Source of the DNA: Octopus sinensis
Lineage: Eukaryota
Direction of reading: 5' to 3'
DNA length: 64,000 bases
NCBI RefSeq assembly: GCF_006345805.1
Contig: NC_043005.1
Coordinates: forward strand, 61,504,001 to 61,568,000
The notes beneath the pieces are model-generated. The model saw only the letters and a program-made list of their open reading frames with translations. It was not told where the DNA came from and searched no databases. Shown here in pieces: positions 1 to 13,108 of this stretch (position 1 is the stretch's first letter; every line of letters starts with the position of its first letter). Position numbers and translations under genes: made by a program.

Positions 1-578
1 GATGCTATTAGCGTGTCTTCGGCTGTCAAATGCAAACATCACTTTCCTTGTTCATCCACGCTGCGCAGTAAGAATTTAAGAGATAAAAGCTACCCAAGGT
101 TAATGGGACCAACTGGTGAACCAAATTGTTCCGATAGGTTACTATTTACACTAATCGATGAGCAGATGTCTGTATAATTTAGTGTTCCTGCTACTGAAAA
201 TCACTGAGCTTAGCCCACATTCCAACTACCGGTGATCAACGATATCGAAAGCTTTCTATTGTTCAGAATATCATAAATTCAGTTCAATTTACAACCCTCA
301 CTGTGATGTTTCACATAATGTAGAGGATGTTTTCATAGGATCTTCTCGGATGCAAACTAGCAGAGACAAAATCCAAACTATTGTTTGAGCTTTAAGTAAA
401 TTCTTGATCCATGTATGTAACGGAATTATGGGTATAACATAATGTATTGTATCTCTATGGTCAGTGTCCTTCCTAAGCAACATCATGGCCTATATCAATG
501 TTCTCAGCCTGCTGCTAGCTGCGATGCACATTAACCTTGACACAGACATGGATATTTAAAAACAAAGTGAAGAGAAAT

Positions 579-1000
579 AGGTGCAGGAGTGGCTGTGTGG
601 TAAGTATATTACTTACCAACCACATGGTTCCGGGTTCATTCCCACTGTGTCGCGCCTTGGGCAAGTGTCTTCTGCTATAGTCTGGGGTGGAGCAAAGCCT
701 TGTGAGTGGATTTGGTAGACGGAAACTGAAAGAAGCCCGTCGTATATATGTATATATATATATATATGTATGTAAATGTTATGTTTGTGTGCCTGTGTTT
801 GTCCCCCACCCACCCAACATCACTTGACAACCGATGCTGGTGTGTTTACGTCCCCGTAACGTAGCGGTTCGGCAATAGAGACCGATACAATAAGTACTAG
901 GCTTCCAAAGAATAAGTCCTGGGTTCGATTTGCTCGACTAAAGGCGGTGTTCCAGCATGGCCGCAGTCAAATGACCGAAACAAGTAAAAGAGAAAAGAGA
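579..1000 (+). mobile_element. tRNA-derived SINE, family A (CORE-like domain, internal microsatellite, LINE-derived 3' tail)
   Basis: Head GGAGTGGCTGTGTGG...GGTTCATTCCC with A/B-box-like motifs, then CORE-like CCTTGGGCAAGTGTCTTCT, an internal (TA)/(TG) tract, and tail GGCGGTGTTCCAGCATGGCCGCAGTCAAATGACCGAAAC(AAGAG)n. The same sequence recurs at ~31.3, 47.8, 51.8 and 62.9 kb. Confidence 0.85.
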
Positions 1001-1114
1001 AAGAGAGATAAGGCACACAGTCGATTCCTTCGAGGATTCTGTATCAGCCTCAGATGTTTTTATTAGTATTCTTGCATTCCGTCATTTTTGGCTCATATAT
1101 ACTTTAAGGACATA

Positions 1115-1498
1115 CCTTAAATCCTCGAGTATAGTCCGCCCTTCAGTATAATACGCAGGGGATTTTTAGGGGGCAGTACCTCTGAAAAACCTAAACCTTG
1201 TGTATAATACGCACCCATTCTCTAACTTGAGTCAAGGAGGTCTATATAATGTCCTTGGTTTGTAAAAATGTATACGTTAACGTCAGTTATTATTATTGTG
1301 TATATAACAATGCAAACGTGTAGCTTTTTTGTGCATTTTGTTAGCAGAAAATAAAGAAATATTTGCCGGACAGCAATTAGAGACTCGGACATTACGTAGA
1401 AAATAATTTTCATTTTTAACCTCGTATATAGTACGCACTAGGGATTTTGACTTTTAAATTTTGGTGGGGAAATGCGGGTTATACTCGAGGATTTACGG
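1115..1498. mobile_element. Tc1/mariner-superfamily (Tc2/pogo-like) MITE
   Basis: TIRs CCTTAAATCCTCGAGTATAGTCCGC and GCGGGTTATACTCGAGGATTTACGG, flanked by TA at 1113-1114 and 1499-1500. No coding capacity. Confidence 0.8.
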
Positions 1499-2441
1499 TA
1501 CACGGCGATAAGATTACAATTGAATATCATGCACGCATTTCAGTGCATTAAGAACCTTATATCGGCTTTATTTCCCCATGTTTCTGTCAATTGAATGATT
1601 TCAATAATATGCTTTACTTATGTCTTAGACATGACTCTTAAGAATCATGTCAGGCTATATTCAGAAGTTGTGCTAGTATAACGATATCTTTCCCACACCT
1701 TCTAATCTATCAACTATCCTTCATCTTTAAATAGCTCTTAATCTATCGCTAACTAGCTTTTATATTTCAGAAAGTATTTAATATTCATAATAATCACCAC
1801 CAAGATTCATTTAGCTGGTTCTCTAGCTCGGTGGCTCGAAACCCTGATAGAACCAGCCTATGATGTAACGCACCCGAGTAGTAACCGTCTTCTGTTTTTG
1901 CATATCATATTACTATACTGTCTAATTGATCTTTCCTTTCTAATATAGTGGTGATAGTAGTGGTGGTGTGTGTGTGTGTGACACAGAGAGAGGGTGAGAG
2001 AAATTTGACTATTTCTCGAACATCGAGCGATGAGTAGAAGTTTCTTCTTTCGTTCATGATAGTTCTGCTGTTAATATTGGTAAAATTGTTACTACACCTC
2101 CTAGAACTGTTATTATCATCAATGTTTCCGTCTTCTCCGCAGTTGCCTTCTCCATCGAAGAAGGGAGTAGCGTAACAATTCCCTACATCACCTCTTTGAA
2201 AGTTTGTTTCTATCGTGGTGGCATAAACAAATAATTTACAAAATCTCTTCACAAAATGTGTTCTCTTAAATGCAGGAGATACATAGCAATTCCTATTACT
2301 TGATGGTAAAAATAAACACGATAAATCAAACTTGTGTGATAGGAAACAAATATAGTAACTCATCAAACAAGAGTATATTCAAGATACATTTTTTTTTTTC
2401 TACGGTAAAATCTAAGAACAAGAATGAAGATGATGATGATG

Positions 2442-2494
<53 letters not shown>

Positions 2495-3299
2495 TTGTTT
2501 TGCTGTAGCATAATTCATACGTGCATTTTCGTGTCTTTTTTATGGCGTTTCTTCCCTCCTTTTTACTCCATCAAATCTTCAGTTTCATATTGGCCAAATA
2601 GTTATTGCAAAGACGCCAAGTAAGTCTTGTTGGTTGGAACAGATATTTTAAAGTAGGATATTGCAGAAACGCATCAGTTCTTTGAAATGTGCTGACAAGT
2701 AGGATAGATTGCAAATGTTTCTATTAAATCAATAACGGTTTTGAAAACCTGATTTACAGACAGTAAGCAAATGTTCATCATATCTCACAATTGATCGTAT
2801 TAGTCAATACCAACATCACTATATCTTCCTTTGATATTGCCGCTCACTGCTAGAGCATAAAATATAGAAATTCAACATTGAATATTTGATGAAACGCACT
2901 ATTCGACTGATATATGTTATATTGAACTTTTAAGTGAAAGGAAAATATGTAAAATTCTATATTTGTTTTGTTTTATTGTTTTGTTGTATCAGACTAACAT
3001 TTTGTGCTGTTATAGAATATTACAGTGGGCGAAGATTGGCAGAATGGGGAAAGCATGAGATAAAATACCTTGTGATATTTAGTTACATCTCCTCATGTCC
3101 TGAGTACAAATCCAGTCGGGATCAAGGATGTCCGTCCAGGTTCGATAAAACAATAAGTCAAGTTGTTGATGTTAAAAGTTAGAAGCATTCGAGGGAACCT
3201 AAACTAATGCATATTTAGAATTGTGGATCTCGATGCAAACAAAACCATAAATAATAAATATTCGAAGGTTGCTTCAAACTGAATCCGCATCCTAAACCT

Positions 3300-3500
3300 G
3301 AGTCCCAGCGTCATTCCAGTGCTCGGTGGCTACGGCAAAGGAACTTATATGGTGAACCTGGTCGAAAGTCTGAGAACTTAGCTTGTGATCTCGCACCAGG
3401 ACCTTATCAGCTTCTTCAAATACCACCTGAAAAGGGAGGTGAAGGTAATAAGAGAAGTGCTGCACTTAGGTAACTTTAGTGTACCTAAATGGGCCAACTC
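3300..3500 (+). pseudogene. Relic of the C-terminus of an L1/Tx1-like LINE ORF2
   Basis: Manual translation from 3400 gives DLISFFKYHLKREVKVIREVLHLGNFSVPKW, preceded by VATAKELIW. This resembles the end of L1/Tx1 ORF2 proteins. Recognised by eye only. Confidence 0.45.
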
Positions 3501-3733
3501 TAAATATTCAATGATGCAGTTGTAGTAGGGGAACACGACTTGGGAGAGTCCGCTTGACATTAAAGTTTCAGTATTTTCCGTGTTAATAAGTGAATACGCA
3601 AAATTACCTTACACATTTTGCACCCATTTTCGGAATTGTTACACGTTATTTTGTTCTATAATGTGATTGCTATTGATTGGAACCTATTTCTTAATTGTGT
3701 CTTCAAAACTAATGTTGATTAACTAGCGATACT

Positions 3734-3900
3734 AAGGCAGCGAGCTGGCAGAATCGTTAGCACGCCAGGGAAAATGCTAAGCAGCATTTCGTCCAGCATT
3801 ACGTTCTGAATCCAAATTCCGCTGACGTCGACTTTGCTTTTCATCCTTTCGGCACTAGGGTGGATGTAATCGACTTAACCTCCACGCACCCCGAAATTAC
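3734..3900 (+). mobile_element. SINE family B (AAGGCGGCGAGCTGGCAGAA head), internally deleted
   Basis: Matches the head and central TTTCATCCTTTCGG...GATGTAATCGAC block shared by more than 10 copies in this window. Confidence 0.75.
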
Positions 3901-4525
3901 TTCTGTCTACCAAACAGTTTGAAACTAATATTATAATACTGTGTTGGTCGATCTAAATCCGCCACTCTTTTTTGTTTGGAGCTCATTTTTTGTATTTTTC
4001 TTTCGTATGATCCTTAAGGTCTTGGTGCTTGTGACCAATAAAAGAAAAAACATTGTCATAGAGTGCAGTAGAAGGTGATGGTGGACTTACAGAATAGCCA
4101 GAGTGTCGGGAAAATGCTTTGCACTATTTCTTTCAAGTTTTTAAATTCTCAGATCAAATCCTGCCGTGGTTAAATTTTTCCTTTTATCACCTGCCCCATA
4201 TCAATAAATCAAAGTATCAATTAAGTACAGGGGCCGATGTAACCGATTACTTTCCTGTCTACTCTACTAGGGTTGGAGACCGTATAAAAAATACTACGAG
4301 CACTTCACTTGTCTCCTCTCATTAAATCACATGCAATATCGTCTGCTAATCATATTTAAGAAGCGTGTCGTTGGCAGTCTCGGATCCGATAGGTAGTCGG
4401 GATACGCCAAGCTAAGTTTTTGTAGAAGAACTTCATAAAAGTAAAATCTTCAGTGGTTCTGTTACGCAAGTGAATACAATCGAAACAAATGCTGGAGATA
4501 TTTGGCCTTGTAATGCCGAGGAATG

Positions 4526-4786
4526 TGGAGGTGCGTGGCTTAGTGGTTAGGGTGTCAGCATTATAATCGTAAGATTGTAGTTTCGATTCCTGGACCGGGC
4601 GACGCGTTGTGTTCTTGAGCAAAACACTTCATTTCACGTTGCTCCAGTCCACTCAGCTGGCAAAAATGAGTAACGCTGCAATGGACTGGTGTCCCGTCCA
4701 GCTGGGGAGCTCATACGCCATAGAAACCGGGAAACCGGGCCCATGAGACTGGCTAGGCTTTAAAAGGGCGCATTTATTATTATTAT
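4526..4786 (+). mobile_element. tRNA-derived SINE family C (V-domain-like), full length with TSD
   Basis: A-box TGGCTTAGTGG, B-box GTTTCGATTCC, V-like motif ATGGACTGGTGTCCCGTCCAG and a (TTA)n tail. A 15-bp TSD TAATGCCGAGGAATG lies at 4511-4525 and 4787-4801. Confidence 0.85.
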
Positions 4787-5419
4787 TAATGCCGAGGAAT
4801 GGAGCAAAAAGGTTTCCTTAGAAATAATATGTTCACATGGTTCAACCACAATATGTGCCTAGTACGTATTTGATCGATTCAAGATATTAGCTCCTTAAAC
4901 AAAATTTGGTATCAAGTGAAAAAAATTAAGATTAGGCATTTTGTTATACAGTCTATCGTATACAAGGCGATATTATATATTTGTAGATATTACTATACCC
5001 AGATAATGTTAGTTAACCTTAGATGAAATCTGATCAGACACACCTATGATCAATAGATATTGCGAGCATGCGTAATCTGTTAGTTGTCTCAGATTCCGCC
5101 TCCTAGAGTCATTCTTATCTGAAATGGTAAAGTGTGATTTGGACGAGCAGTTTCGAGTGGAGGAAGTTTTATTACATGAATCCAAACCCTAAAGTAGTAC
5201 TTACTTTATCGACCGGGAAATAATTAAGGACACAGCTGACCTCGTCGGGATTTGAAGTGAGAACACGAGGAGTAGGAATTAAATAACACAAGTGAATTTT
5301 AACTAGAATCTAAATAGAATTCTAACGATTCTATCATTAAACGAAGGAGACAAGGATGAAGAGAAATGCAAAGAGGGGGGAAACATGACAATGAATACGT
5401 GAAGAAATACGCTGGAGAG

Positions 5420-5525
5420 AATGGAAGGGAGAAGAAGAAGAAGAAGAAGAAGAAGAAGAAGGAGAAGAAGAAGAAGAAGAAGAAGAACAACAACAACAAC
5501 AACAACAACAACAATAACAACAAGA
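5420..5525. repeat. Compound (GAA)n/(CAA)n microsatellite
   Basis: Directly visible; it produces the poly-K/N and poly-F/L ORFs in the track. Confidence 0.95.
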
Positions 5526-6050
5526 ATGGGAAGAGAAATATGAAGATGTAAACGGTGGAGTGAAAGGGAGAAGAGAGAAAGAGAAGAATAAATAAGGAAG
5601 GAAGAATGGGATGAAAGGGAGAGAGAAAGGAAAGGGTAAAGGGGAAATCCGAGGAAGAAAATTTTAAATAATGTGGAGTGGGAGGTAGTGTGTGTGTGGG
5701 AGGTGAGTGTGGGAGGAGAGAGGAGGAGGAAAATGACAAAGAACGTTGAAGAATATCAAATACTAAAGAATAGAATATATATCAAGTACAAAAAGTTTTA
5801 TACGTTTGGGACTTATTTGAATGTTTCCATCCAAAGAATTGTTCCAGCAAGAATATTTTACAGTTGGTTGGCTTCACTAATGGTCAATGAGTACGATGCC
5901 ATTTTACCATTATAACTTTGGTTGCTCAGAAAGCTTAATTCTTCTAATATTCAATGGACTATATTAAGAAAGGAGGCTACTATATATGCGCTCAGAATCT
6001 CTTCGCTGTGTATAGAACTGGAAAATTTATTGTTATTGTTGTTATTATTA

Positions 6051-6096
<46 letters not shown>

Positions 6097-6150
6097 TGGA
6101 ATGCTGGCATTCTTGAAAGGCATGATGAATAATGTTAAGAAACATAGTTA

Positions 6151-6370
6151 CAGTAATCCCTCGCCATATCGCGGTTCACCTATCACGGTTTATTTTTTAA
6201 GCTTACGTCGATTCCTCTGTGGTGTTGTTTTGCATTTATAATAAAATAAATATATACAAATTATAAAAATAAATTTTAAAATTATACAATACTGTTTCTA
6301 CTTCGCGGATTTTCAACTACCACGGGGGTTTTTTGGGAACGTAACACCCGCGATAGCCGAGGGATTATTG
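6151..6370. mobile_element. Tigger/pogo-like MITE
   Basis: TIRs CAGTAATCCCTCGCCATATCGCGG and CCCGCGATAGCCGAGGGATTATTG. TA precedes the left end; the right TSD has decayed to TC. Confidence 0.75.
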
Positions 6371-6907
6371 TCCGTGGTCAGTTCATATTTGAGTAGCCAA
6401 TATTATCAATATTGTCAACTTCCGTCCCACCCGGGTTATTAAGTTGAAGTGGCAATCAAGTACTAGGATCTCTAGTATTAATTAATCCATTCACCTCAAA
6501 TATGCTGGCCTTGTACCTAAATCAGAAACTATTAAAGAAAGCGAATTAACAGAATCATTACTGCATCAGACAGAATACTTAGCGGGGTTTTCTTTTTCTT
6601 TTTTGTTTTTTGCCCTTCAGTTATTTACATGCTGAGTACAAATCATGTTTACATGCTGAGTACAGAGGTCAACTTTGTCTTTTATCTTTTCAAAGTCGAG
6701 AAAATATAAGTACCAGTCAAATGTGTTACTTTCCTCGAATTTGGTGTACGTGACTGTTGCTTTGTTTTATCCACACCAGAGGGATGCAGGGCAAAGTTGA
6801 CTTTAGAGTCATTAAATATATTAAATATATAGAGTCATTAAAATATACAACATAGACACGGCTTTTATACGACATGTGACATTACCTATGGGTGTGTATG
6901 TAGATAT

Positions 6908-6964
<57 letters not shown>

Positions 6965-6971
<7 letters not shown>

Positions 6972-7355
6972 GCTCTAGGCACAAGGCCCGAAATTTTGTG
7001 GGAGGGGGCCAGTCGATTACATCGACCCGAGTACGAAACTGGTACACAATTGATCGACTCCGAAAGGATTAAAGTCAAAGTCGACCTCGGCGGGATTTGA
7101 ACTTAGAACGTAAAGACAGACGAAACACTACTAAGCATTTTGCCCGGCGAGCTAGCCAGAAAAGTTAGCACGCCGGGCAAAATGCTTAGTAGTGTTTCGT
7201 CTGTCTTTACGTTCTAAGTTCAAATCCCGCCGAGGTCGACTTTGACTTTGATCCTTTCGGAGTCGATCAATTGTGTACCAGTTTCGTACTCGGGTCGATG
7301 TAATCGACTGGCCCCCTCCCTCAAAATTTCGGGCCTTGTGCCTAGAGCAGAAAGG
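6965..7355. repeat. Head-to-head palindrome of SINE family B (185-bp arms, 21-bp loop) inside a (TA)n tract
   Basis: 6965-7149 is the reverse complement of 7171-7355 with 2 mismatches by manual alignment. Confidence 0.95.
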
Positions 7356-8958
7356 TATATATATATATATGCGTTAAACTCCATTTAATTATTTATTTAT
7401 TTATATATCATACAAAAAATTCCACGTAAACCCGAAGTTTCTAACTTTAAAATCAAGGAGTTACAACCTCTTTACTTGTGTGCTCTTGTTCTACTTATTC
7501 CATTCTGTTCTTCTATATATGCTCATATCTTTGATAAATATTTAAAAAAAACTAGAGACATTAAAAAAAGATAAAAACAGCATAGGATAAAAACAGCATA
7601 GGAAGCGAACCTATATACATACACAAAAACATACAGTAACTTTGCAGAAGGCCGCATCCATATCAACAACACGACTAACAACAATGGCAACTACCACGAT
7701 AGCACAGTGTCATTGAACATGTAAACACAGTGAGTTACAATAACAGTACAAAAAGTCGGGTTCAAGAGCACCAGCAGCAGCAACGGGGTAGGGGAAAGGG
7801 CTGCTACTAAGAACAATGACGCACACACACAAAAAAACATGCGCATATAAGGATACACAACAAAGAAGAACTGCATGGAATAAGCAGAGAAAGGGCACAC
7901 GCGAAGATGGAAAGTATCGCTTTTAAACCCGATTGCCTGACTTTGTGCGCACAGGCACGTGTGTGTGGGAGAGAGTGAGAGAGAGAGAGAGAGAGATGGA
8001 GCGAGAGAAAGAGAGATTTGTAATGTGTATTAACTGTTGGTCACCTGAATTAATTTCATGAAGTGGACTGTGTAATACAACTATTTCACAGTAGATTAGG
8101 TACAACAAGGAACTGAACATACACTATTCTTATACGATTCGTTGCAGTCAACCACCCTCTACTTTACTTCTCTGTCCAAGTATGCACAATGCATTAGGAA
8201 AGGACTTAGATAAATAAAACTACCTAAGTACGCGTTGTAACTTGTTTAGGAAACTTATCTAAATATGTTCTTTCAATATTACATTGTTGAATACATCTTG
8301 TATAGACATTATTTATTCATTTGTGAATTAGCTTTCTTATAAATTCAATTTAAAATATCATTTTCCAACACAGAACCATGCTTATATTTCCATATACTGC
8401 AAAACCATTAAATCTAAGAAGTATTATTTGATTACATTTTAAACTGAAATGTTAAACAATTGGTTGGTCATTGAAATATTCCTTTTATTTTAGTTTAATG
8501 AAGCTTAAGGAATGTTCATGTTTACATGTGTGAATGTGTATTTGTAAGCTGGTATTTCATTTGAATTCAGAATAACGTGTGGTTTTGAAGCAGAGGAAAA
8601 GGTTTCATAAAATAGTAAAATTCAATTAGAATATATTTGTATTAAGTTAGACATCGTGGCATTTAGAAAATTAATTTCATCCATTAAAACATAAGTCTGA
8701 ATGAAACCAGTAACTTGGCTTACATGTAAAAATAATACTCACATACACGATGCTTGAAGAATAACGAAAAGATGTAACTGAATGCATACTAATTAACATT
8801 GATCGCTGGTTTCTTATTAAATTAACAATGCCATTTAATAAAAAAAAATACTGGATAAATATAAATGATATGTATATGGAAAACTTTTAGTAAAAATACG
8901 GTGTATTATTATACAAACTCGTACTCTGTGGCAAATAAGGCGATAATATTATGAGTGT

Positions 8959-9300
8959 AAGACGGTGAGATGGCAGAATCGTTAGCGTGTCGCCAAAAAG
9001 GCTTCACAGTATTTTTTTCTGACTTGACGTTCCGAGTTCAAATTTCGCCGACGTCGACTTTGCCTTTCATACTTTCGAGGTCAATATAATAAGTACCAGT
9101 TAAGCACATGTAATCGACTCACCCCCAAATAGCTGGCCTTGTGCCAAACTTTGAAACCACTATTATATCTGAGCGCAAGGCGGCGAGCTGGTAGAATTTG
9201 GTAGAGTGCCGGGCAAAGTGCTTAACGTCCGTCTTTACGTTCTGAGTTCAAATTCCGGCAGAATCGACTTTTCCTTCCCCTACCTCAAAATTGGCGACCC
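8959..9300 (+). mobile_element. Two adjacent SINE family B copies (8959-~9165 and 9177-~9300)
   Basis: Both carry the family B head and the TTCTGAGTTCAAATT...CGACTTT block. Confidence 0.75.
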
Positions 9301-9614
9301 GTTACAATTTAGCAATTTGTGACATTTTGTTTGATAGCTGGTAATTAATGGGTTTTATTCTAAAGATGATCCTCTATGAAATTTGTTGAGTATTGTTTTG
9401 AAATATTTTGGGCTGTTCTAATTTTTTCGTAGTTACTTTCCTATTATTAACAAACGCACATACGTCCATATATGCATGCATACCTGCATACATACATACA
9501 TACATACATACATACATACATACATACATACATACATACATACATACATACATGCATATATATATGTATATAAGTGAGCTCAGAGATATGTATATATATA
9601 TGTATGTATATATA

Positions 9615-9798
9615 TGAAGGGGTGCTGAAAAGTTCCTGCTTTTAAGGGCATCGTGAAAGGCCATGCTGGAGGCCCAACCTTCCGAGTTCTTTAACAGGAC
9701 TTAGAAATACTGAAGAACAGCTGCAATAAGTGTGTGTATCTGAGAGGTGAATAGGTTGCATAAAATCATAGTTAACTCATCTCTCCGTAGTTTTCTTT
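9615..9798. mobile_element. Non-autonomous mariner-like element, truncated
   Basis: Starts TA|TGAAGGGGTGCTGAAAAGTTCCTG, a mariner-type TIR after a TA tract. The opposite TIR is absent. Confidence 0.55.
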
Positions 9799-10759
9799 TA
9801 TGTATGTATATATATATATATGTGTGTGTGAATACACATACATGTTTATATACGTGAGTAAATAGAGAGTAGTTTTTTCTTACTAATTTGTTGTATTAAA
9901 AACAGTGCTATTTTCAGGTTTAATCTTTTCTTAAAGAGCTCTCCTATTTTCTTAATAATCCTTTGTGTTTGGTTTGGAACATTAACGTTCTTCAGTCCAT
10001 TAGTCTCACGCTTCGAGACCTCAATAATTTCATTTCGATATTAAACTGTTCCACTAGCTCAATGACCACGCGTTCTGCTTTTATTCGCAAAGTATCCTGG
10101 TAATATATTTAGAACTATTAAAATGTTCTGTGTTGAATTTGATATTAAATAAAATTGAATGTTGGTAGATTTCATGATATACATGTTTCAAATACTGTAT
10201 ATCTCGGTGCTAAATATAGTATTATTTATTAGTAGAACTGCCATACCTATTCACCTCTTGTTGTGAAATTCTATATAAAATTCTAGTACTGTTAACTAAT
10301 GTTTTTACTATCTGAAAATAATTTTCTTGTAATAAAGGCTACCTTTTTAAAACTGTAGTTATGCTTGTAAGTATGTTTAAAAAATGCACGTCTGATCACA
10401 AATGGAGTTGCTGCACATAAATAATGTATTTCATTCAGTGTAAATATAGTGTTTTTTTTTTATCTATATATCTCTTTTTTTTTATGCATCTATCTGTGTT
10501 GATGTAGCTTTTCATGTAAATGCTTGTGTGTAGCTGTGGCCTGTTTGTACGTTTCACTGTATTTGTTGTGTATATGTGTACGAAACTATGTTTGGCGATG
10601 AAGTGCAGCGTATGAATATAAAGTGAAGTCAAGAAGTGTCTCATTGTAAACAATGTTTTTAATCCTGAATAAAGTAAACTTTGTTATTTTTTTCCGGTAA
10701 AATTACAGATTATCACCCCCACGATTTTCACTAAAAAAAAAAAAAAAAAAAAAAACTCG

Positions 10760-11415
10760 GATTTTTTGCGTGGAATCAAATACCCTGACCTCCTAATATG
10801 CTGCAAATCCCATATTTTGGTCCGGAATTCCTCCGGAAGGGGGGGGGGATTACCCCCCCCCCGGAATTTTCACAAGGAAAAAAAAAAAATCAGATTTCTA
10901 GCGTGGAATCAAGTACCCTGACCTCCTAATATGCTGCAAATCCCATATTTTGGTCCGGAATTCCTCCGGAAAGGGGGGGTATTACCCCCCCCCCCCCGGA
11001 ATTTTCACAAGGAAAAAAAAAAAATCAGATTTCTAGCGTGGAATCAAGTACCCTGACCTCCTAATATGCTGCAAATCCCATATTTTGGTCCGGAATTGCT
11101 CCGGAAAGGGGGGTAACCCCCTCCCCCGGAATTTTCACAAGGAAAAAAAAAAAAAATCAGATTTCTAGCGTGGAATCAAGTACCCTGACCTCCTAATATG
11201 CTGCAAATCCCATATTTTGGTCCGGAATTCCTCCGGAAAGGGGGGGTATTACCCCCCCCCCGGAATTTTCACAAGGAAAAAAAAAAAATCAGATTTCTAG
11301 CGTGGAATCAAGTACCCTGACCTCCTAATATGCTGCAAATCCCATATTTTGGTCCGGAATTGCTCCGGAAAGGGGGGTAACCCCCTCCCCCGGAATTTTC
11401 ACAAGGAAAAAAAAA
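10760..11415 (+). repeat. Subterminal tandem array, 5 units of ~132-135 bp, in the left arm
   Basis: Motif GCGTGGAATC at 10768, 10901, 11036, 11168 and 11300. Confidence 0.95.
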
Positions 11416-11855
11416 ATAACATATCAATAATTTAGAAAAGAAACATTTCTAGAAAATAGTAAATTGAAGTGTCAACAAATTATTGGGCAAAATTGAAGTG
11501 TGAACAAATCATTGGGCAAAAGAAGATTTGGCATACTGTCATGCTTTTAGCTGTCAGAAGTGAAAGTCGTCAACTTCGTGTATTTGCGTCAGGTTCGCTG
11601 TTAGGCTTATAAAACAATAGAAGTTCAGTTTAAAGTTTATAAATAAATACATTTCATTAAATGTTCTGTTTAAACTTTATGAATAAATATATTCTTGCAG
11701 TGTGTGTATATGTGGCTATATGTCTGACTAATGTGTGTGTCTGTATTTATTGTATGTGTGTATAAGTAGTTATATGCTTATATTATCCATTATAGTAATA
11801 TTTGTCTGTTGAAACCTGTTTTAAGGCGGTCAATAGTTTAATTAAAGATGTATCT

Positions 11856-11919
<64 letters not shown>

Positions 11920-12227
11920 GTGTATATATACATGTGTATACATATATATATATATATTATATATATATATATATATAATATATATATATACATGTGTATA
12001 CATATATATATATATACACATGTATATATAATATATATATATACACATGTATATATATATACATGTATAGACACATCTTTAATTAAACTATTGACCGCCT
12101 TAAAACGGGTTTCAACAGACAAATATTACTATAATGGATAATGTAATGGATAAAATTCAGACAAACTTACCTCTTGCTGTCAAAAAAAGTGGATTAATTC
12201 TCAGCAAAACATACTGTTATGCTAGAC

Positions 12228-12365
12228 CAGTGGTTTTCAACCAGGGTTCCGCAAGAAGTTGCAAAACTGCTAAAATCGGCAGTAATTTTTAATTCTCCTG
12301 TGCAGATATGTGTGCATAAGACTATTAAATTATTGTACAGGGGTTCCTCGAGCCAGTGGAATGTT
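12228..12365 (+). mobile_element. Truncated hAT (Charlie-like) MITE end inside the foldback element
   Basis: Begins CAGTGGTTTTCAACC after a TGCTAGAC site, the TCTAGA-like target typical of Charlie elements. No right TIR. Confidence 0.6.
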
Positions 12366-13060
12366 TGAATTACGCTGTGTGGTTTCAGTTTCTAATTTTT
12401 GCTTCTGATCTCTCTTTGCCCCCCCTCTCTCTATCTCAGTTGTTCATTCTGCTGATATTTAGAAAAGTTTTCGCGCCAAGTTTTGTTGTGGGTGGGAAAA
12501 GATGAACGATTTAAAATAAATATACCTTAATTGTAGTGTGAGAAAGTATATATATTCTGATGATAAAATATATTATCTTTCAAAATCATCCCAAGTTATA
12601 GACTATATCGTGTATGTTTAAGAAATGGTTCATGAGACATTGTTCATCTGTCTCCCCACCACACCTCCACCTACACAAAAATTAGTTTGAGATAGAGAGG
12701 GCGGCACAGAGAGAGATCAGAAGCAAAAATTAGAACCTGACACTATCACAGAGCGTAATTCAAACATTCCACTGGCTCGAGGAACCCCTGTACAATAATT
12801 TAATAGTCTTATGCACACATATCCATTACATTTTATCCATTACATTATCCATTATAGTAATATTTGTCTGTTGAAACCCGTTTTAAGGCGGTCAATAGTT
12901 TAATTAAAGATGTGTCTATACATGTATATATATATATACATGTGTATATATATATATTTATATATACATGTGTATATATATAGACATGTGTATATATATA
13001 TATATTATATATATATATATATCTATATATATATATATGTATACACATGTATATATACAC

Positions 13061-13108
<48 letters not shown>

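Noticed and set aside
1905-2366. 153-aa minus-strand ORF as a host exon
   Set aside because: No recognisable domain, it runs into a microsatellite, and no splice context or neighbouring exons could be supported.
10760-11415. CRISPR-like array (palindromic repeats at regular spacing)
   Set aside because: Whole units are repeated with no unique spacers, there are no cas genes, and the context is eukaryotic.
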